Assembly (NCBI GenBank): GCA_000004695.1 | Contig: CM000152.2 | Location: forward strand, 5,568,001-5,632,000 | Direction of reading: 5' to 3' | Source of the DNA: Dictyostelium discoideum | Lineage: Eukaryota | Length of the DNA stretch: 64,000 bases | In this document: positions 11,876 through 24,465 of the stretch, piece by piece | Layout of the letters: each line of letters starts with the position of its first letter | How positions within the stretch are numbered: position 1 is the stretch's first letter | Position numbers and translations under genes: made by a program | The notes under the pieces: model-generated | What the model was told of the DNA's origin: nothing | What the model saw: only the letters and a program-made list of their open reading frames with translations | Databases searched by the model: none

Positions 11876-13670
11876 TTAACAAGATGGAGTGCCAGTTATT
11901 GGAGTGAGTGATGTTGATCTTTGGATGTAACCAAATTGGTGAGCACCATTTACAGGGATTTCACCTAACCAACTTGGGAGTTTGTAATTGTTGGTTGAGG
12001 TTTGATCAGCATTCCATATGTCTTGAACGTTTTGTAATTGGAAGTTGAAACCTCTTACTGGTTTAGAACCTTTGTTATTGATGGTAGCATCAACTTGAAT
12101 ATAGTAAACATTGTTACTGTACCATTGATTAATAATCTTTTGGGTAACATTTGCTGAACACGCTGATGGAGTTGGACTTGGTGTTTGAGTTGGGGTTTGT
12201 GTTGGTGTTTGTGTTGGGGTTTCAGTTGGTGTTTGTGTTGGGGTTTCAGTTGGGGTTTGTGTTGGAGTTTGAGTTGGAGTTTGAGTTGGTGTTTGAGTTG
12301 GAGTTGGGGTTTGGGTTGGGGTTGGAGTTGGAGTAGTTGGTTTAGTTGGTTTAGTGTTACCAAAGTATCTGGATGGTCTTGGGCATTCTCTGGTCCAGTT
12401 TTCTTTATTGTTTGGAAGAAAAAAAAAAAAAAAAATAATAATTAGTTTATATTATCTTTTTTTAAAAAATAATAGATTAAAAAAAAAATGAAATAAATAA
12501 TTACCTTGACAAACTGGTACAACACTCCAGCCTCCAATGGTACCACAAAGACTTGGGAAAAATGTATCGGTAATATTTTCTAAAACTCCACCAATTAAAA
12601 CAGTATTATGATTAATACCATAACCTAATTTGAAGATTTCATTGGCATCCATTGGTAATTGATTGAAGCAACGTTCGCAATACATAACTGAAACATATGA
12701 TGCAAAAATAACTTTATCAAATTTAGTCCACATGGCAGCTGCTGAGCACCTATTTTTTTTTTTTATTAAATTATGAAAAAAAAAAAAAAATATTAATAAG
12801 AATAAAAAAAAAAAAAAAAAAAAAAAACAATTTAATAAAATAAAATAAAAAACATACATTGGACATGGTTCACCAGTAGTATACAAATAATGATCTTCCC
12901 AAGTAGCTTTACCATAGAGATCAGTGCTATATTTATATGAATTTAGTTAGAAATATTTAAATTTTTCTTTTTTTTTTTTTTTTTTTCTTTAAAAAAAAAA
13001 TCTTCCAAAGAAATAATAATAAATAATAATAATAATAATAACTTACCAATTCATGATGGCTTTAACTTCACCATGATACATTCTTGAACCACCAGTGTTG
13101 GCACCAGTACACATTAAAGTACCGTTTTTGTGAACAATAGCAGCACCAAATTTAGAATTATTCTCAACAGCAACATTAATTGCACTAATATTTAAAATAA
13201 AAAATATATTTTAGAATAAAAAATAAAAAATAAAAAATAAAAGAAAAATAAAAGGAAGTTGATATATTTACATTCTCATATATTTTGCATGGAATTGTTG
13301 ATCATCCTGTAGTTAATATAATTATTTTAAAAGTTAATAATAATAAAAATAATAATAACAATAATAATAATGTGTAATAACAATAAAGAAAATATAACTT
13401 ACTGGCGATAAATCTTTGAATTGAGTTAAATCTGACTATATGTTTTGATTGATAAAAAAAAAAAAAAAAAATGAAAAATTAGTTTTTTTTTTTGCAAAGC
13501 AAAAATAAAAGAAAAAATGTGTAAAAAAATAAAAAAATAAAAAAAAAAAAAGATTAATAAATTACAGGTGCAATATCGAAATAAGCTGATTTTGGACAAT
13601 TGTTTTTATGTGCTTTTGCAGTTGAAAAAGCAATGATTAATAAAATTAATAAAGAGTAAATTAATTTCAT
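11876..13670 (-). CDS. Secreted CDA-fold (cytidine/deoxycytidylate/TadA-type zinc-dependent) deaminase fused to a Thr-Pro-Gln linker and a C-terminal Cys-containing carbohydrate-binding-like domain. 7 exons, approx 13670..13566, 13435..13403, 13306..13272, 13183..13046, 12926..12857, 12749..12505, 12402..11876.
   Basis: Exon 1 encodes the signal peptide MKLIYSLLILLIIAFSTAKA. The deaminase core reads KFGAAIVHKNGTLMCTGANTGGSRMYHGEVKAIMN...YLYTTGEPCPMCSAAAMWTKFDKVIFAS. This carries the H(A/G)E ... PCxxC zinc motif and aligns with TadA (VGAVLVHNNR...HAEIMAL...LYVTLEPCVMCAGAM). It is followed by (TPTQ)n and ...ACSANVTQKIINQWYSNNVYYIQVDATINNKGSKPVRGFNFQLQNVQDIWNAD...LPSWLGEIPVNGAHQFGYIQ...TPSC*. 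Donors are GTAATT, GTAAG and GTAAAT. There is a possible 1-nt ambiguity in my reading of exon 5. Confidence 0.65.
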
Positions 13671-13681
13671 TTTTTTATGAT

Positions 13682-13724
<43 letters not shown>

Positions 13725-15349
13725 AAGTTAATTATTTAATTAAAAAAAAAAAAAGAAGAGATAGGTAATGTTACAAGTGTAATAATATTGAAAGTAATTA
13801 ATATCAGAAAAAGAAAAAAAGAAAAAGAAAAAAAGAAAAAAAAAAAACAAAAAAAAAAAAATAAATAAATAAAAGATTTTTTAGTCTCCTCAAAATGAGA
13901 ATAGTTTGAAAATAATTATTTTAAAAAATTAACCAATCATCTGAGCACAAGCTTGTAATTAATAATAATAATAATTTTGTGATTTTATCGTGATTGGGAC
14001 ACAATATTATTATGAGAAAAATAGTATACAATAATTTTATCTAAAGTATTTTAGATTTTTAATCAATGATTGGCTAAAAAAAAAAAAAAAAAAAAAAAAA
14101 TTTAGATTTGGGAAGATATTAAAAATTGTGTGGGCGAGGGGGGTCAGCAATGAACGATGATTTTTTTTTTATTGAAAAACATTACAATAATTTTATTTTA
14201 TTTTTTTTTTTTTCTGCCGAGCCAATCAAAAAATTATCTCGTTTTACGATTATTAGAAATAATTCGTTTTGTCGAAATTTTACAATCAAAAAACCAAGAA
14301 CACAAAAAGGAAATCGTTTTTGGTCAAAAATATTCAACAGAAATTAAAAAGAACACAATATAACTTTCTTTTATTGATTTTTTTTTTTTTTTTTTTAAGT
14401 TTTTTTTTTTTTTTTTTATCTATTTTTTTATTTTCATTTTTTTTTTATTTAAAAACTTAAAAAGAAAAAAAAAAAAAAAAGAAATAATTTTTATGACATA
14501 AATTCATATACTAAATAAAGTAATATTTATCTAGATTATCATTATTAATAATAATAAAAACAATTAAAATTATTTAAATAATCTTAATTGGGCAAAATAA
14601 AAATTAAAAAAAAGGTGGTTAGAATGTGTATACTTGTGGTTAAAGAATAAAAAAAAATAAATAAAAAAAAAATGTGAAACTTGAAAATTTAAATTAAGGA
14701 ATGTTTTTTATGTAATACACATGTTTTAAAAGCAAACCCCTTAACAGTAAACACACAGTTGTGTTCAGTGTAATGTAAACACAAAAAAAAAAAAAAAAAA
14801 AAAAAAAAATAATACTAAAAAATAAATTTATTTTTTAAAGTCAAAAGACGTTATATACAAATAAAAATAAAAAAAATAAAAAAAAAATAATTTCTTTGAA
14901 AAATTACAGAAAATAAAGAAAATCTTAAAAAACCAATAATGCAACGGTTTTTAAATTTATTTTTGTACTCCCTAAGCTAAAGGGTACTAGTATTTTAATT
15001 ATTTAATTTAAAAATAATTTTTTCAACTTTTTTTATTTTTATTTTTTTTTTATTTTTATTTTTATATTTTTTCTCTTGTAACCCACCAAACTTAGCCGAC
15101 ATATGTGAGGTGGAGGGTTTGCATGTAATCACATTTTTTTATAATTGTTTTTTTTTTTTTTTTTTATAAGTTTTTTTTTTTTTTTTTTTCTTTTCTTATG
15201 TTCTTAAAAAAAAAGTAATAATAATATAATAATAATAAAAGTTTAAAAAAAAATAAAAAATAAAAAAAGACCAAAGTTATAAATATATTTAAAAATAAAA
15301 ATAAAAACTTTATAAAAATATCTAAAGAAATAAAAAAAAATAAAATAAA

Positions 15350-15939
15350 ATGACATTCTTGAGTAAAAAACCTCAAATATTTAAAAATATTGAAAAAGAT
15401 ATAAATAAAATAAAATTTAAAAAATCAAATAAAATAAAATCAGATTGTAATAATAGTAATAATAAAAATGGTTTGATAGAGTGTATATCAACTTTAGAAG
15501 ATGATAATCCATGGGATGTTTATACCAAAATAATGAAAGAAGAAGGATTTTTAAAAAGTTGTATATTAGATTTAAATGATGGTGAAGTTAATAGTAGTAG
15601 TGGTGCATCACCATTAAATGTTGCATACCAAGAATACCAAGAAATTAAAAATATTTTGGAAGGTAATAATTCAATTTATATAAATTGTGACTCAACTAGA
15701 TTCTTTATATCAAATTCAAATGACATAATGATTACTGGTATAAGTTCAAATTCATTATCATTCATATTACGAAGAACTGCAAATAAATGTATTATTGGAA
15801 TTTTTCAACCTTCAACAATTCTAGTCGACCATGCTCATTGTAAAGTCTCTGATATTTATAATAAAATTACAAATTTTGATAAAAATGAAAGAATTACAAA
15901 TTTAATTTTTTCATTCTCCGAAGATAGTATAAAAAATAT

Positions 15940-15949
<10 letters not shown>
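15350..15949 (+). CDS. Profilin-like domain protein, paralog 1 (199 aa). N-terminal K/N-rich extension plus C-terminal profilin fold. Single exon.
   Basis: WDVYTKIMKEEGFLKSCILDLNDGEVNSSS...RFFISNSNDIMITGISSNSLSFILRRTANKCIIGIF...VSDIYNKI aligns with the profilin signature (W..Y.D.L......AAI.G.DG.VWA.S ... KY.VI.....VIRGKKG.GGITIKKT.QALV.GIY). The N-terminus MTFLSKK is shared with the two paralogs. Confidence 0.65.
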
Positions 15950-15979
<30 letters not shown>

Positions 15980-16484
15980 AAATCTTTGTAAATAAAAAAT
16001 GTATTTTTAAATCAACCAAAAAAAAAAAAATATCTTGTTTATTTTTTATTTTTAATTTTTTTTATTTATTTATATTAAAAGAGCTGCAAACAAAAAAAAA
16101 ATCCAAAAAAAAAAAAAAAAAACAATAATATTTTGACACATGACATTTCAATGATGCGATTGTTTTTTATTGCAAATTTCCAATTTAATATAGATATTTT
16201 TTTTTATTTTTTTTCTTTTTTTTTTTTTTTTTTCTTTTTTTTTTTTTTTTTATTTTTTTTTTTAAGTGCCAGTATTTTTTAACAAAATCGTTAATATTAA
16301 TCTTTTGAATACGAAATACTAAAATGAGAAATTAAATTGTTTTTTTTATATTGTTTTTTTTTTTTTTTTGCTTTCATTTCCTTTTTTTTTTAATAGCTTT
16401 GCTACTAAAAAAATATCTTTTAATTTATAATAATAATATTACTTTTTTTAAAAAAAAAAATTAATTAAAAAAAAAAAATAAAAT

Positions 16485-16595
16485 ATGTCCTTTTTAAAAA
16501 AAAGAAAGAAGAAATCAACATCAACACTAACATTAAATAGTAATAGCAATAATTCTAATATTGTTTGTGTAAATAATAATAATAATAATAATAAT

Positions 16596-16656
<61 letters not shown>

Positions 16657-17235
16657 TAAATAGTCATGGTATCAATTTAATAATTAATAAAAAAATTAAA
16701 AAATTAACATCAAGTACAAGTTGTCCAAATATGTTAACAATAAAAGAAGAAGAAAATGAAAAATATAATAATAATAATAATAATAATTCCGATAATTTAA
16801 ATGATAATTTAAAAGATACAATAATATTAAATTGGAATAAATATACAGATAAATTAATAAAACAAGGTTATTTAGAATGTGGTATTTTAGATTTAGATAG
16901 TGGTGAATTAAATAGTAGTAGTAGTTGCAATAGTAGTATTAGATTTATAATTAGTTATCAAGAATGGCAAGAAATTAAAAATATTTTACAAGGTAGTTAT
17001 TTAACAACAATAAGTTGTTCAAAAAAAAGATTCTATGTAGTTGCCTCAAATGATTTCATAATTGCTGGTCGTGATTCTCAAAATCAATCTTTTATTCTTA
17101 GAAAAACTCAAACTAAAGCAATCATTGGTATATTTAATATGAATAAATTACAAATTGATGATGCTCATAAACTATTAAATGATTTATATAATGAAATTAT
17201 AAAAGATGATAAAACTGAAATTTATCCAGTTGAAT

Positions 17236-17237
<2 letters not shown>
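16485..17237 (+). CDS. Profilin-like domain protein, paralog 2 (250 aa), with a poly-Asn N-terminal extension. Single exon.
   Basis: MSFLKKRKKK...(N)n...WNKYTDKLIKQGYLECGILDLDSGELNSSS...RFYVVASNDFIIAGRDSQNQSFILRKTQTKAIIGIF...LNDLYNEI. It shares the architecture of 15350..15949 and lies ~540 bp downstream on the same strand. Confidence 0.65.
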
Positions 17238-17266
<29 letters not shown>

Positions 17267-17354
17267 TAGATATTAATAAATAAATAAATTAATGAATAAA
17301 AAATTTAAAATATATTAAAATAATTTTATGGTTTTTTTTTTTTTTTTTTTTTTT

Positions 17355-18328
17355 TTATAAATTACACTTGAATATTGGTTGACGTTTTTCAAAGAAAGAA
17401 GTTGCAGATTCATTTAAATCATCAGATTTTAAGAAAGCAGCATTTTGTAAAGCTACACGATATAAACCTTCATCAATTGTATGATCATCAGCATGATTTA
17501 AAGTGAGTTTTGTAGCTTGAACAACTAGTGGTGAATTTTGAGCGATTGATAATGCTAATTTTCTACCCTCTGACAAGAGAGTATCATGATCTGGATAGAC
17601 ATGATTAACCAAATTAAATCTTTCAGCAGTTTTTGCATCAATATCTTTACCAGTTAATGCCAACTCTCTTGCGAAACCAGAACCAACTATTTTTGAAATT
17701 CTTTGTAATGTACCTAAATCGGCGATAATTGATAGTTTAGTTTCTCTAATTGAAAATTTTGCATCAGAACTGCATAATCTAATATCACATGCTGTTATCA
17801 TATCAACACCACCACCAATGCATGCACCATGAATTAAAGCGATTGTTGGTTTTGAACATTTATTAATCTTATCCAATGATGCTTGCCAACGACGAATCAT
17901 TTTAAATAAATCTAAATTATTTTGTGATTGTGATACTTCTGAATCACCAGTTATTAATGGTGCAATCTTTCCTAAATTTAAACCTGCTGTTAATCCTTTA
18001 CCTTCTCCTCTTAAAATTACACATCTAATCTTTGAATCATTTTGAATTTCATCATAAATTGAAATAAATTCTAGGAATTAAATTAAAATAAATAAAATTT
18101 TAAAAATTAATATATACACATATATATTTAAATTTTATTAATTTTTTTTTTTATTTAAATACCATTATAAAAATCATCATCCATTGAATTATATTGTTTT
18201 GGTCTACATAAAACAAGTTCTGCTACAAAAGTACTATCATTTTTTTCTAATCTTAAATATTTGTAATCTGTTATTTTAAGAATTGATGTTGATGGTGTAG
18301 CATTTGTAAAAAATAGTGAACCTTCCAT
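17355..18328 (-). CDS. Enoyl-CoA hydratase/isomerase (crotonase superfamily; resembles ECH1 dienoyl-CoA isomerase). 2 exons, approx 18328..18173, 18070..17355.
   Basis: MEGSLFFTNATPSTSILKITDYKYLRLEKNDSTFVAELVLCRPKQYNSMDDDFYNG / EFISIYDEIQNDSKIRCVILRGEGKGLTAGLNLGKI...PTIALIHGACIGGGVDMITACDIRLCSSDAKFSIRETKLSIIADLGTLQRI. Crotonase oxyanion-hole motifs are present. Donor GTATTT, acceptor cctag. Confidence 0.8.
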
Positions 18329-18894
18329 TTAATTTATATTTATTTATTTATATGTATATTTATTTGTTTTATTTATTATAATTATTGAAACATAAAAAAA
18401 AAAAATAAAAAAAAAAAAAAAAAAAAAATGAAATTTTGAAATTTAAAAATTAATTTTTTTTTGTTTATTAATTTTTTTTTTTTTTTTTTAATGGAAACAT
18501 ATATTTCCTTTTTTGGATTTCATTATTGGAAGATAAAAAATAAAAAAGTGTTTAGAAAAAATGAACTTTTTTGGTATTAGAACCTTTTTTCTTTTCTTTT
18601 TTTTTTTAAATTCTTTATTTTTATTATTATCTTTTATTAAACATTTAAAAAAAAAAAAAAGATAGTTGTTTTATGTTTTAAAAAAAAAAAAAGAAAAAAA
18701 AAAAAAAGATATTTTTGGCTGAGCTTAGATGATGTGAAATTTTTTTTTTATTTTTTTTTTATTTTTTTTTTTTTTTTTTCTTGTCGTTTGGATTATATTC
18801 AGTTTTTTTTTTTTTTTGATTCACTTACTTTGCCATTAAAACAAAAGTCATCAAAAAAAAAAAAAAACTTAAAATTTATGTATATTTAAACAAA

Positions 18895-21680
18895 ATGAAT
18901 TACGAAATTGTTATGGACGAGCATCAAAGTTTGTATTAAAAAAAAAAAAAAAAACTAAAAATAATTAAATTTTTATATGTAAATATTAATATAAAAAATT
19001 CAACAGAATTCATTGATGAAAATTTAAAGAATTTCTATGGAGAGCATAAACATTTTGTAGAATGGATGGATTCAAGATCATTAGCATCAAAAAGATTTAA
19101 AAAAAGATTAATTGTTATTGGTGAATATAGAATTTTAAGTGTAAAAAAAGGAAAAGTTTCAATATCTTTAAATAAAAATATTCATTTTTATGATATAGCT
19201 GATATAATAGTCGTTGAAGATACTGTATGTATTTTTTTTTTTTCTCAAAAATATTATTATTTAAAATACTAACATATAATTATTTATTAATTTTCAAAAA
19301 AAAAAAAGATTGAAATTAGACAAAAACAAGTTATAAAAGGTGATCAAATTGGTATATTAATAAAATCAAAACAAAAAGAAAGTTTACAAATGATATTAAA
19401 ATTGTTAAGAGAAAAGATTAGAAATATTACACATGGATTTCCAAGTACTAGTCAATTGAGAATTAATGCAAATGAGAGTTATTTATTACCAATTCAAGAG
19501 AAAGTTATTGGAATAGCTGATAATTTCATAGAGACTTATAAAGCACAATCATCCTACAAAAATAATGAACCAAGTACAGAGGTGATTAGATTGGTTGAAA
19601 AGTATGTTCAAGATTGTTGTAGAGAATTTGATTTATCAAAATGTCCAGGATTTGAAGGTAAAAGTGAATTAAATTTTCAAATTGATACTGTAATTTCATC
19701 ATTAAATTATAATGGTTATTTCAATTCAATTATTATTAATGGTAATAGTTGTGGTGGTAGTACTAATATTGGTGGCAGTGGTGGTGGCAGTGGTGGTGGT
19801 AATAGTAGTATAGGAGTTAATCAAAAAGGTTTAGTTGAAAAAGTTGGTGAATTATTATCAACAAATTGTTGTGTTAGAAAAATATCAATTTTTAATTGTA
19901 AAGATGATGATCAAGTATTATCAACCATTGGTACATCGTTAATTGGTAATCAATTTAATTTATTACAAGTTATAGATTTACATAGTAACCATTTAAATCA
20001 ATCAACATTTCAAACATTTGCAGATGGTATTGAAACAATGACACATCATTCACTTAGATATTTAAATCTATCAGATTGCAACCTATCATCAAGATCAGTT
20101 GAAATATTATTTAATTCATTCTGTAAGAATAGTAAAATCTCTACATCATTAGAGTATTTAAATTTATCATACTCAAAATTCGACGAGGTTGGTAGTAGTT
20201 CATTCACAAGTTGGTTAGCAAAGATCAAAGATGATAATGTATTAAAGTTTTTATATTTAACCAATTGTAATTTAAATTTAATTGTGATTGGAGCACAACT
20301 TAGAAATTTACCTTTGCTACGTGTATTGGATATTTCTAATAATAGATTAGAGAGAACTGAAATTGAAGAGTTAATTGCATTCATAAAGAATTCAAGGGCA
20401 TTGGAATCATTGAATATTTCAAATTGTTCACTTAATCATGACTATTTCCTCTACATTTGTAATACACTAAATAAGAATGAATATATTAAACATTTAGATT
20501 TAAATGTATCACATAATCAAATTTCAAAGTCGCCAAGTATCTTTGTTAGCGCATTGGAGTTTCTTACTATGGTGAATTCGTTAAATTTATCTCATATTCC
20601 CATTACTTATAAAACTTTGATTAGAGTTGTTGATTCAATTAGAATCTATTGTAAAAATATTAGAGAATTGATATTGGATGCTTGTTTCTCCCATTCAAAT
20701 GATAAATCTCATGATGGTATTGATTTCATTAATGAGTTGAAACAATTCCTTAGAGAGAGAGAATCATTGAAATCTTTATCTATAGGTGGTGACAATTCAA
20801 ACTACTTATCACCAAAATTGGTTATACCATTAATTGAATATTTAACCAACGAAAATGGTACATTGGAGCAATTGAATATTCAACACTCCCATCTTGGTGA
20901 TTCAGTTATGCCCTATATTGCTAATTTATTAGAACGTAATTCAACTTTGAAATCTTTATCATTGGATAGAAATTATTTCACTATTAATTCCTTCCAAACT
21001 CTATTGCTATCATTACAAAATAATCATACACTTTTAAATATACCTTTCCCATCATATGATTTTGAAAAAATTTTAATTACATTACCAACAGCTCAAAAGA
21101 AATCATTATTATTTAATTTACTTTATAGAATTCAATCAATTTTAGAAGAAAATGGTGGTTGGAGAATACCTGATCCTCATTTTTATCCTGTACCAACTTC
21201 ATTAACTACTGGTAATAATACTAGTGGTGGTTCAAATTTACAATTATTAGGTGGTGGTAGTGGTGGTAGTGGTAGTAATAGTGGTGGTTCTAATTTACAA
21301 TTACAACAACGTCCATCTTCACCAACTAGTAGTTCAAGTGGTAGTGGTTATAGAAGTAAAAGCCCAACACCTGTAACAACTTCATATGGTTCTTCTGCAT
21401 ATTCACAACAACATTATGATAATTTATCATTACCACCTCCACCTGTTGATAATTATTATAACAATAACTATTATCAAAATGAAAGTGAAGGTGGTGATGA
21501 TGATTATTATAATCATCAACAACAATCATCCCAACAAAAATATCAAAATAGAGCAACATTAAGTCCAACAAATAGAAATCAACAACAACAACAATACCAA
21601 AATAGAAATCAAAGAATTGAATTAACTGATAGTTTTGTTGAAGCTGTTGATCATTTAAATGATGAAGAAAATCTTGATTG

Positions 21681-21681
<1 letters not shown>
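18895..21681 (+). CDS. Leucine-rich-repeat protein with an N-terminal PH-like domain, CARMIL-like. 3 exons, approx 18895..18928, 19007..19224, 19309..21681. Ser/Gly/Pro/Gln-rich C-terminal tail.
   Basis: The exons encode MNYEIVMDEHQ / KFIDENLKNFYGEHKHF...KRLIVIGEYRILSVKKGKVSISLNKNIHFYDIADIIVVEDT / IEIRQKQVIKGDQIGIL.... This is followed by >10 RI-type LRRs (LRYLNLSDCNLSSRSVEILFNSF..., LRVLDISNNRLERTEIEELIAFIKNSRALESLNISNCSL). It resembles the CARMIL N-terminus (RILVLSPHRVFLL...). No CP-binding motif was seen, so the CARMIL assignment is tentative. Confidence 0.6.
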
Positions 21682-21741
<60 letters not shown>

Positions 21742-22475
21742 TATTAATAAAAAATTTTATTTAAAGTTCTCAATAATCCTAATCTATAATCTGTTTCAAA
21801 ATTTTAGGTTAACCTTTTTTTTTTTTTATTTATTTTTTTTATTTCTAAAAACTATTAACACCCCAAGTGGTTATTTAAAAACAAAAAAAAAAAAAAACCT
21901 ATCATCGTATTGATAATCACTCTAATCTAAATTCAATGGTTTTTTTTTTAAAAATAAAAAAATAGGTGAGACCCATTTTCGTTTATGGATATTTATTTTT
22001 TCACTTCGTTCAATTGCGAACAAAAAACAGATCAAAACTTAATTTTCTACTATTTTTTTTTTTTTTAATTTTTTTTTTTAATTTTTTTTATAGAAAATAT
22101 CTAGCTTGAAATTTAAAAAAAAAAAAAAAAAAAAAGTGATTGGGAAACCATTAAATACAGACGATAATTTTTTTTTTATTCTTCATTATTCATAAAACTT
22201 ACTCCACCCATCACAATAAAAAAAAATAAAATTAAAATTAAAAATAAAAATAAATTTTCCCCCCCCATAATTATTTATTTTTAATTTTTTTTTTTTTTTG
22301 CATTTTTGCTTAATTTTATTTGTATTTTTAATATTATTATTTATTATTTTTTTTTTTTATATTTTATTAATTTTTTTTTTTTGTATTTTTGATAAATTAA
22401 TTTAAATTTATTTTTAATAAATAAAACAAAAAAAAAAAAAAAATCAAAAATCAAAAACTCATAGTTTGTAATAAA

Positions 22476-22661
22476 ATGAAATTTCGGAATAATTTAACTC
22501 TTTATTTAATATTTATAATAGTATTTACAATTTATATTAGTTTAACTATCTCTATTCCATTAAAAAATGGAAAGTTTTGGTATGTATAAAAATAATAAAA
22601 ATTAATTAAATTGAAACCTTGCCATAAATAAAAAAAAAAAAAGAAAATAATGTGTGTTTAG

Positions 22662-22692
<31 letters not shown>

Positions 22693-24144
22693 TTGTTAAT
22701 AAAAAATAATAATAATAATAGGCATATAACAGATACACACTATGATTTTATGTATATTGAAGGAGGTGATGAAGATAAACAATGTAGAGAGGTAACATAC
22801 AAAAGTAAATATGAAAAAGGTGGTGCATCATCAATTGGTAATTATAAATGTGATACATCATTTGAACTATTACAATCATCATTTGAATATATGGTAAAAC
22901 ATGAAGAAAAACCTGATTTTATAATTTGGACTGGTGATGTATGTATCCAACATATCTTTTTTTTTATTATTTTTAAAATTTATATGTTTATTTATTTTAT
23001 TTTTTAAAAAACAACAAATAGGATCCACCACATTTAGGTAATTCACAATTAAATGAAACATTAGTACTTCAATCAATTACAAATATGACAAATTTAATTA
23101 AAGGGTATTTCCCAGATATACCAATATTTCCAAGTATTGGTAATCATGACAGTTATCCTCAACATCAGATTGGAGTTGGACCAAATTGGTTATTTGAAAA
23201 TGTTGCACAATTATGGTCACCATTTCTATCAAATGATTCAATTGAAACTTTTAAATTGGGTGGATACTATACTGAATTGGTTAGTGAAGGATTTAGAATA
23301 ATATCATTGAATACAGTTTTCTATTATAATGAGAATAGACAATGTTTAAATCTAACTGACCCAGCTGGTCAATTATTATGGTTGAATGAAACATTGGCAA
23401 ATGCATCTTTAGCAGGTGAAAGAGTTTGGATCATTGGTCATGTACCACCTGGTTATAATGAGAAATATGATGTTTTCAATTTTCATAAACAATTCAATGA
23501 TGAATATTTATTCTCATTCTCTCAATATTCCGATATAATCGAATTTCATATCTATGGTCATGAACATACTGATACTTTTAGATTATTTTATGATGATCCA
23601 AATGATCATATAAATGATATTGAACCAACTGGTATTATGTTTTTATCACCATCTGTATTGTATTAATTTATTAAATTTATAAATTACTTTATTTTATTAC
23701 TATTTTTTTTACTAATATTTTTTTTTTTATATATCTATTAAAAAAAAAAAAAAAAAGTTAACACCATGGATGAATCAATTTTTACCAGCATTACCAAATA
23801 ATCCAGGATTAAGATTATATGAATATAATATTACATCATTTGCATTATTAGATTATTATCAATTTTGGACAAATTTAACAGATAATATTATTAGTGGAAA
23901 TATTGATTGGCAACTTGAATATCGTGCAACTGAATTCTTTAATACTTTTAATTTATCACCAGTTTCAATGTATGAAGCTTATTTACTAATTCAATCAGTT
24001 ACAAGTCAATTGTTAAAATTTCATTTCTATAATTCTGTATCTTATCCAACTAAAGGTTGTGATGAAATTTGTAAAAAAATTCAATTATGTTCAATTAGAC
24101 ACCCTTTCACTAAAGGTTTTAAGGAATGTTTAGTTGAAATTTAA
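22476..24144 (+). CDS. Acid sphingomyelinase-like phosphodiesterase (calcineurin-like metallophosphoesterase; sphingomyelin phosphodiesterase family) with signal/anchor peptide. 4 exons, approx 22476..22579, 22724..22938, 23022..23654, 23758..24144.
   Basis: MKFRNNLTLYLIFIIVFTIYISL... / HITDTHYDFMY...IIWTGD / DPPHLGN...PSIGNHDSYP...IIGHVPPG...YGHEHTDTF / TPWMNQFLPALPNNPGLRLYEYN.... The metallophosphatase motifs D-x-H, GD, GNHD, GH, GHEH match aSMase/SMPDL3. The C-terminal domain is ASM-type. Donors GTATGT x2, GTATTG. Confidence 0.85.
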
Positions 24145-24465
24145 ATCAATTAATAATTTCTTTTTTTTTTTTAAAAAAAAAAAAAACAACGGGTGTAATA
24201 AAAAAAAAAAAAAAATAAGAAAAAGAATAAAAATAATACAAAATAAAAAAAATGAATAATTTTATTTGTTTAATTCTTACAAACAAACTCCTAATTAAAT
24301 TCCAGCTTTTTTTTTTTTATATCCAACTTTTTTATTTTTAACTTTTTCATTTTCAACTTTTTTTTTTTCAACTTTTTTTTTTTTTTTTTCAACTTTTTTT
24401 TTTTTCAACTTTTTTTTTTTAAAAAAAAAAAATTTATTATTTTAAAACATTAAATTAAAAAAATA

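Noticed and set aside
12055-12445. ORF-track frames reading the (ACNCCAACNCAAACC)n repeat as His/Lys/Gln-rich (12055..12363 minus) or Trp/Gly/Leu-rich (12151..12445 plus) proteins.
   Set aside because: The splice-consistent frame of the deaminase gene reads this repeat as a (TPTQ)n linker. The other frames are artefacts of the repeat.
13890-14070. Inverted CCAAT-containing pair (aaccaatcatctgagc ... aatcaatgattggct) ~250-400 bp upstream of the deaminase start.
   Set aside because: Possibly a promoter element, but short and unsupported. It could arise by chance in this composition.
14690-15130. Short GC-containing motifs in the deaminase-profilin intergenic region: ccccttaacagtaaac (resembles the class I RNA CCUUACAGCAA box), acccaccaaac (DUSE-like, also at ~27005) and the small stem gtactccctaagctaaagggtac.
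   Set aside because: The matches are imperfect. No GC-rich structured RNA body lies at the expected +60 distance. The downstream sequence is A/T homopolymer. Insufficient to call an ncRNA gene.
20046-20384. Antisense ORFs inside real genes (20046..20384, 21326..21571, 26209..26412, 26746..26940, 37385..37792, 37820..38041, 43825..44040, 45968..46364, 47553..48076, 57345..57602, 9835..10056, 6714..6917, 6105..6308).
   Set aside because: Each lies opposite a well-supported CDS and is low-complexity, produced by reverse-translating Asn/Gln/Thr codon runs. None has homology.
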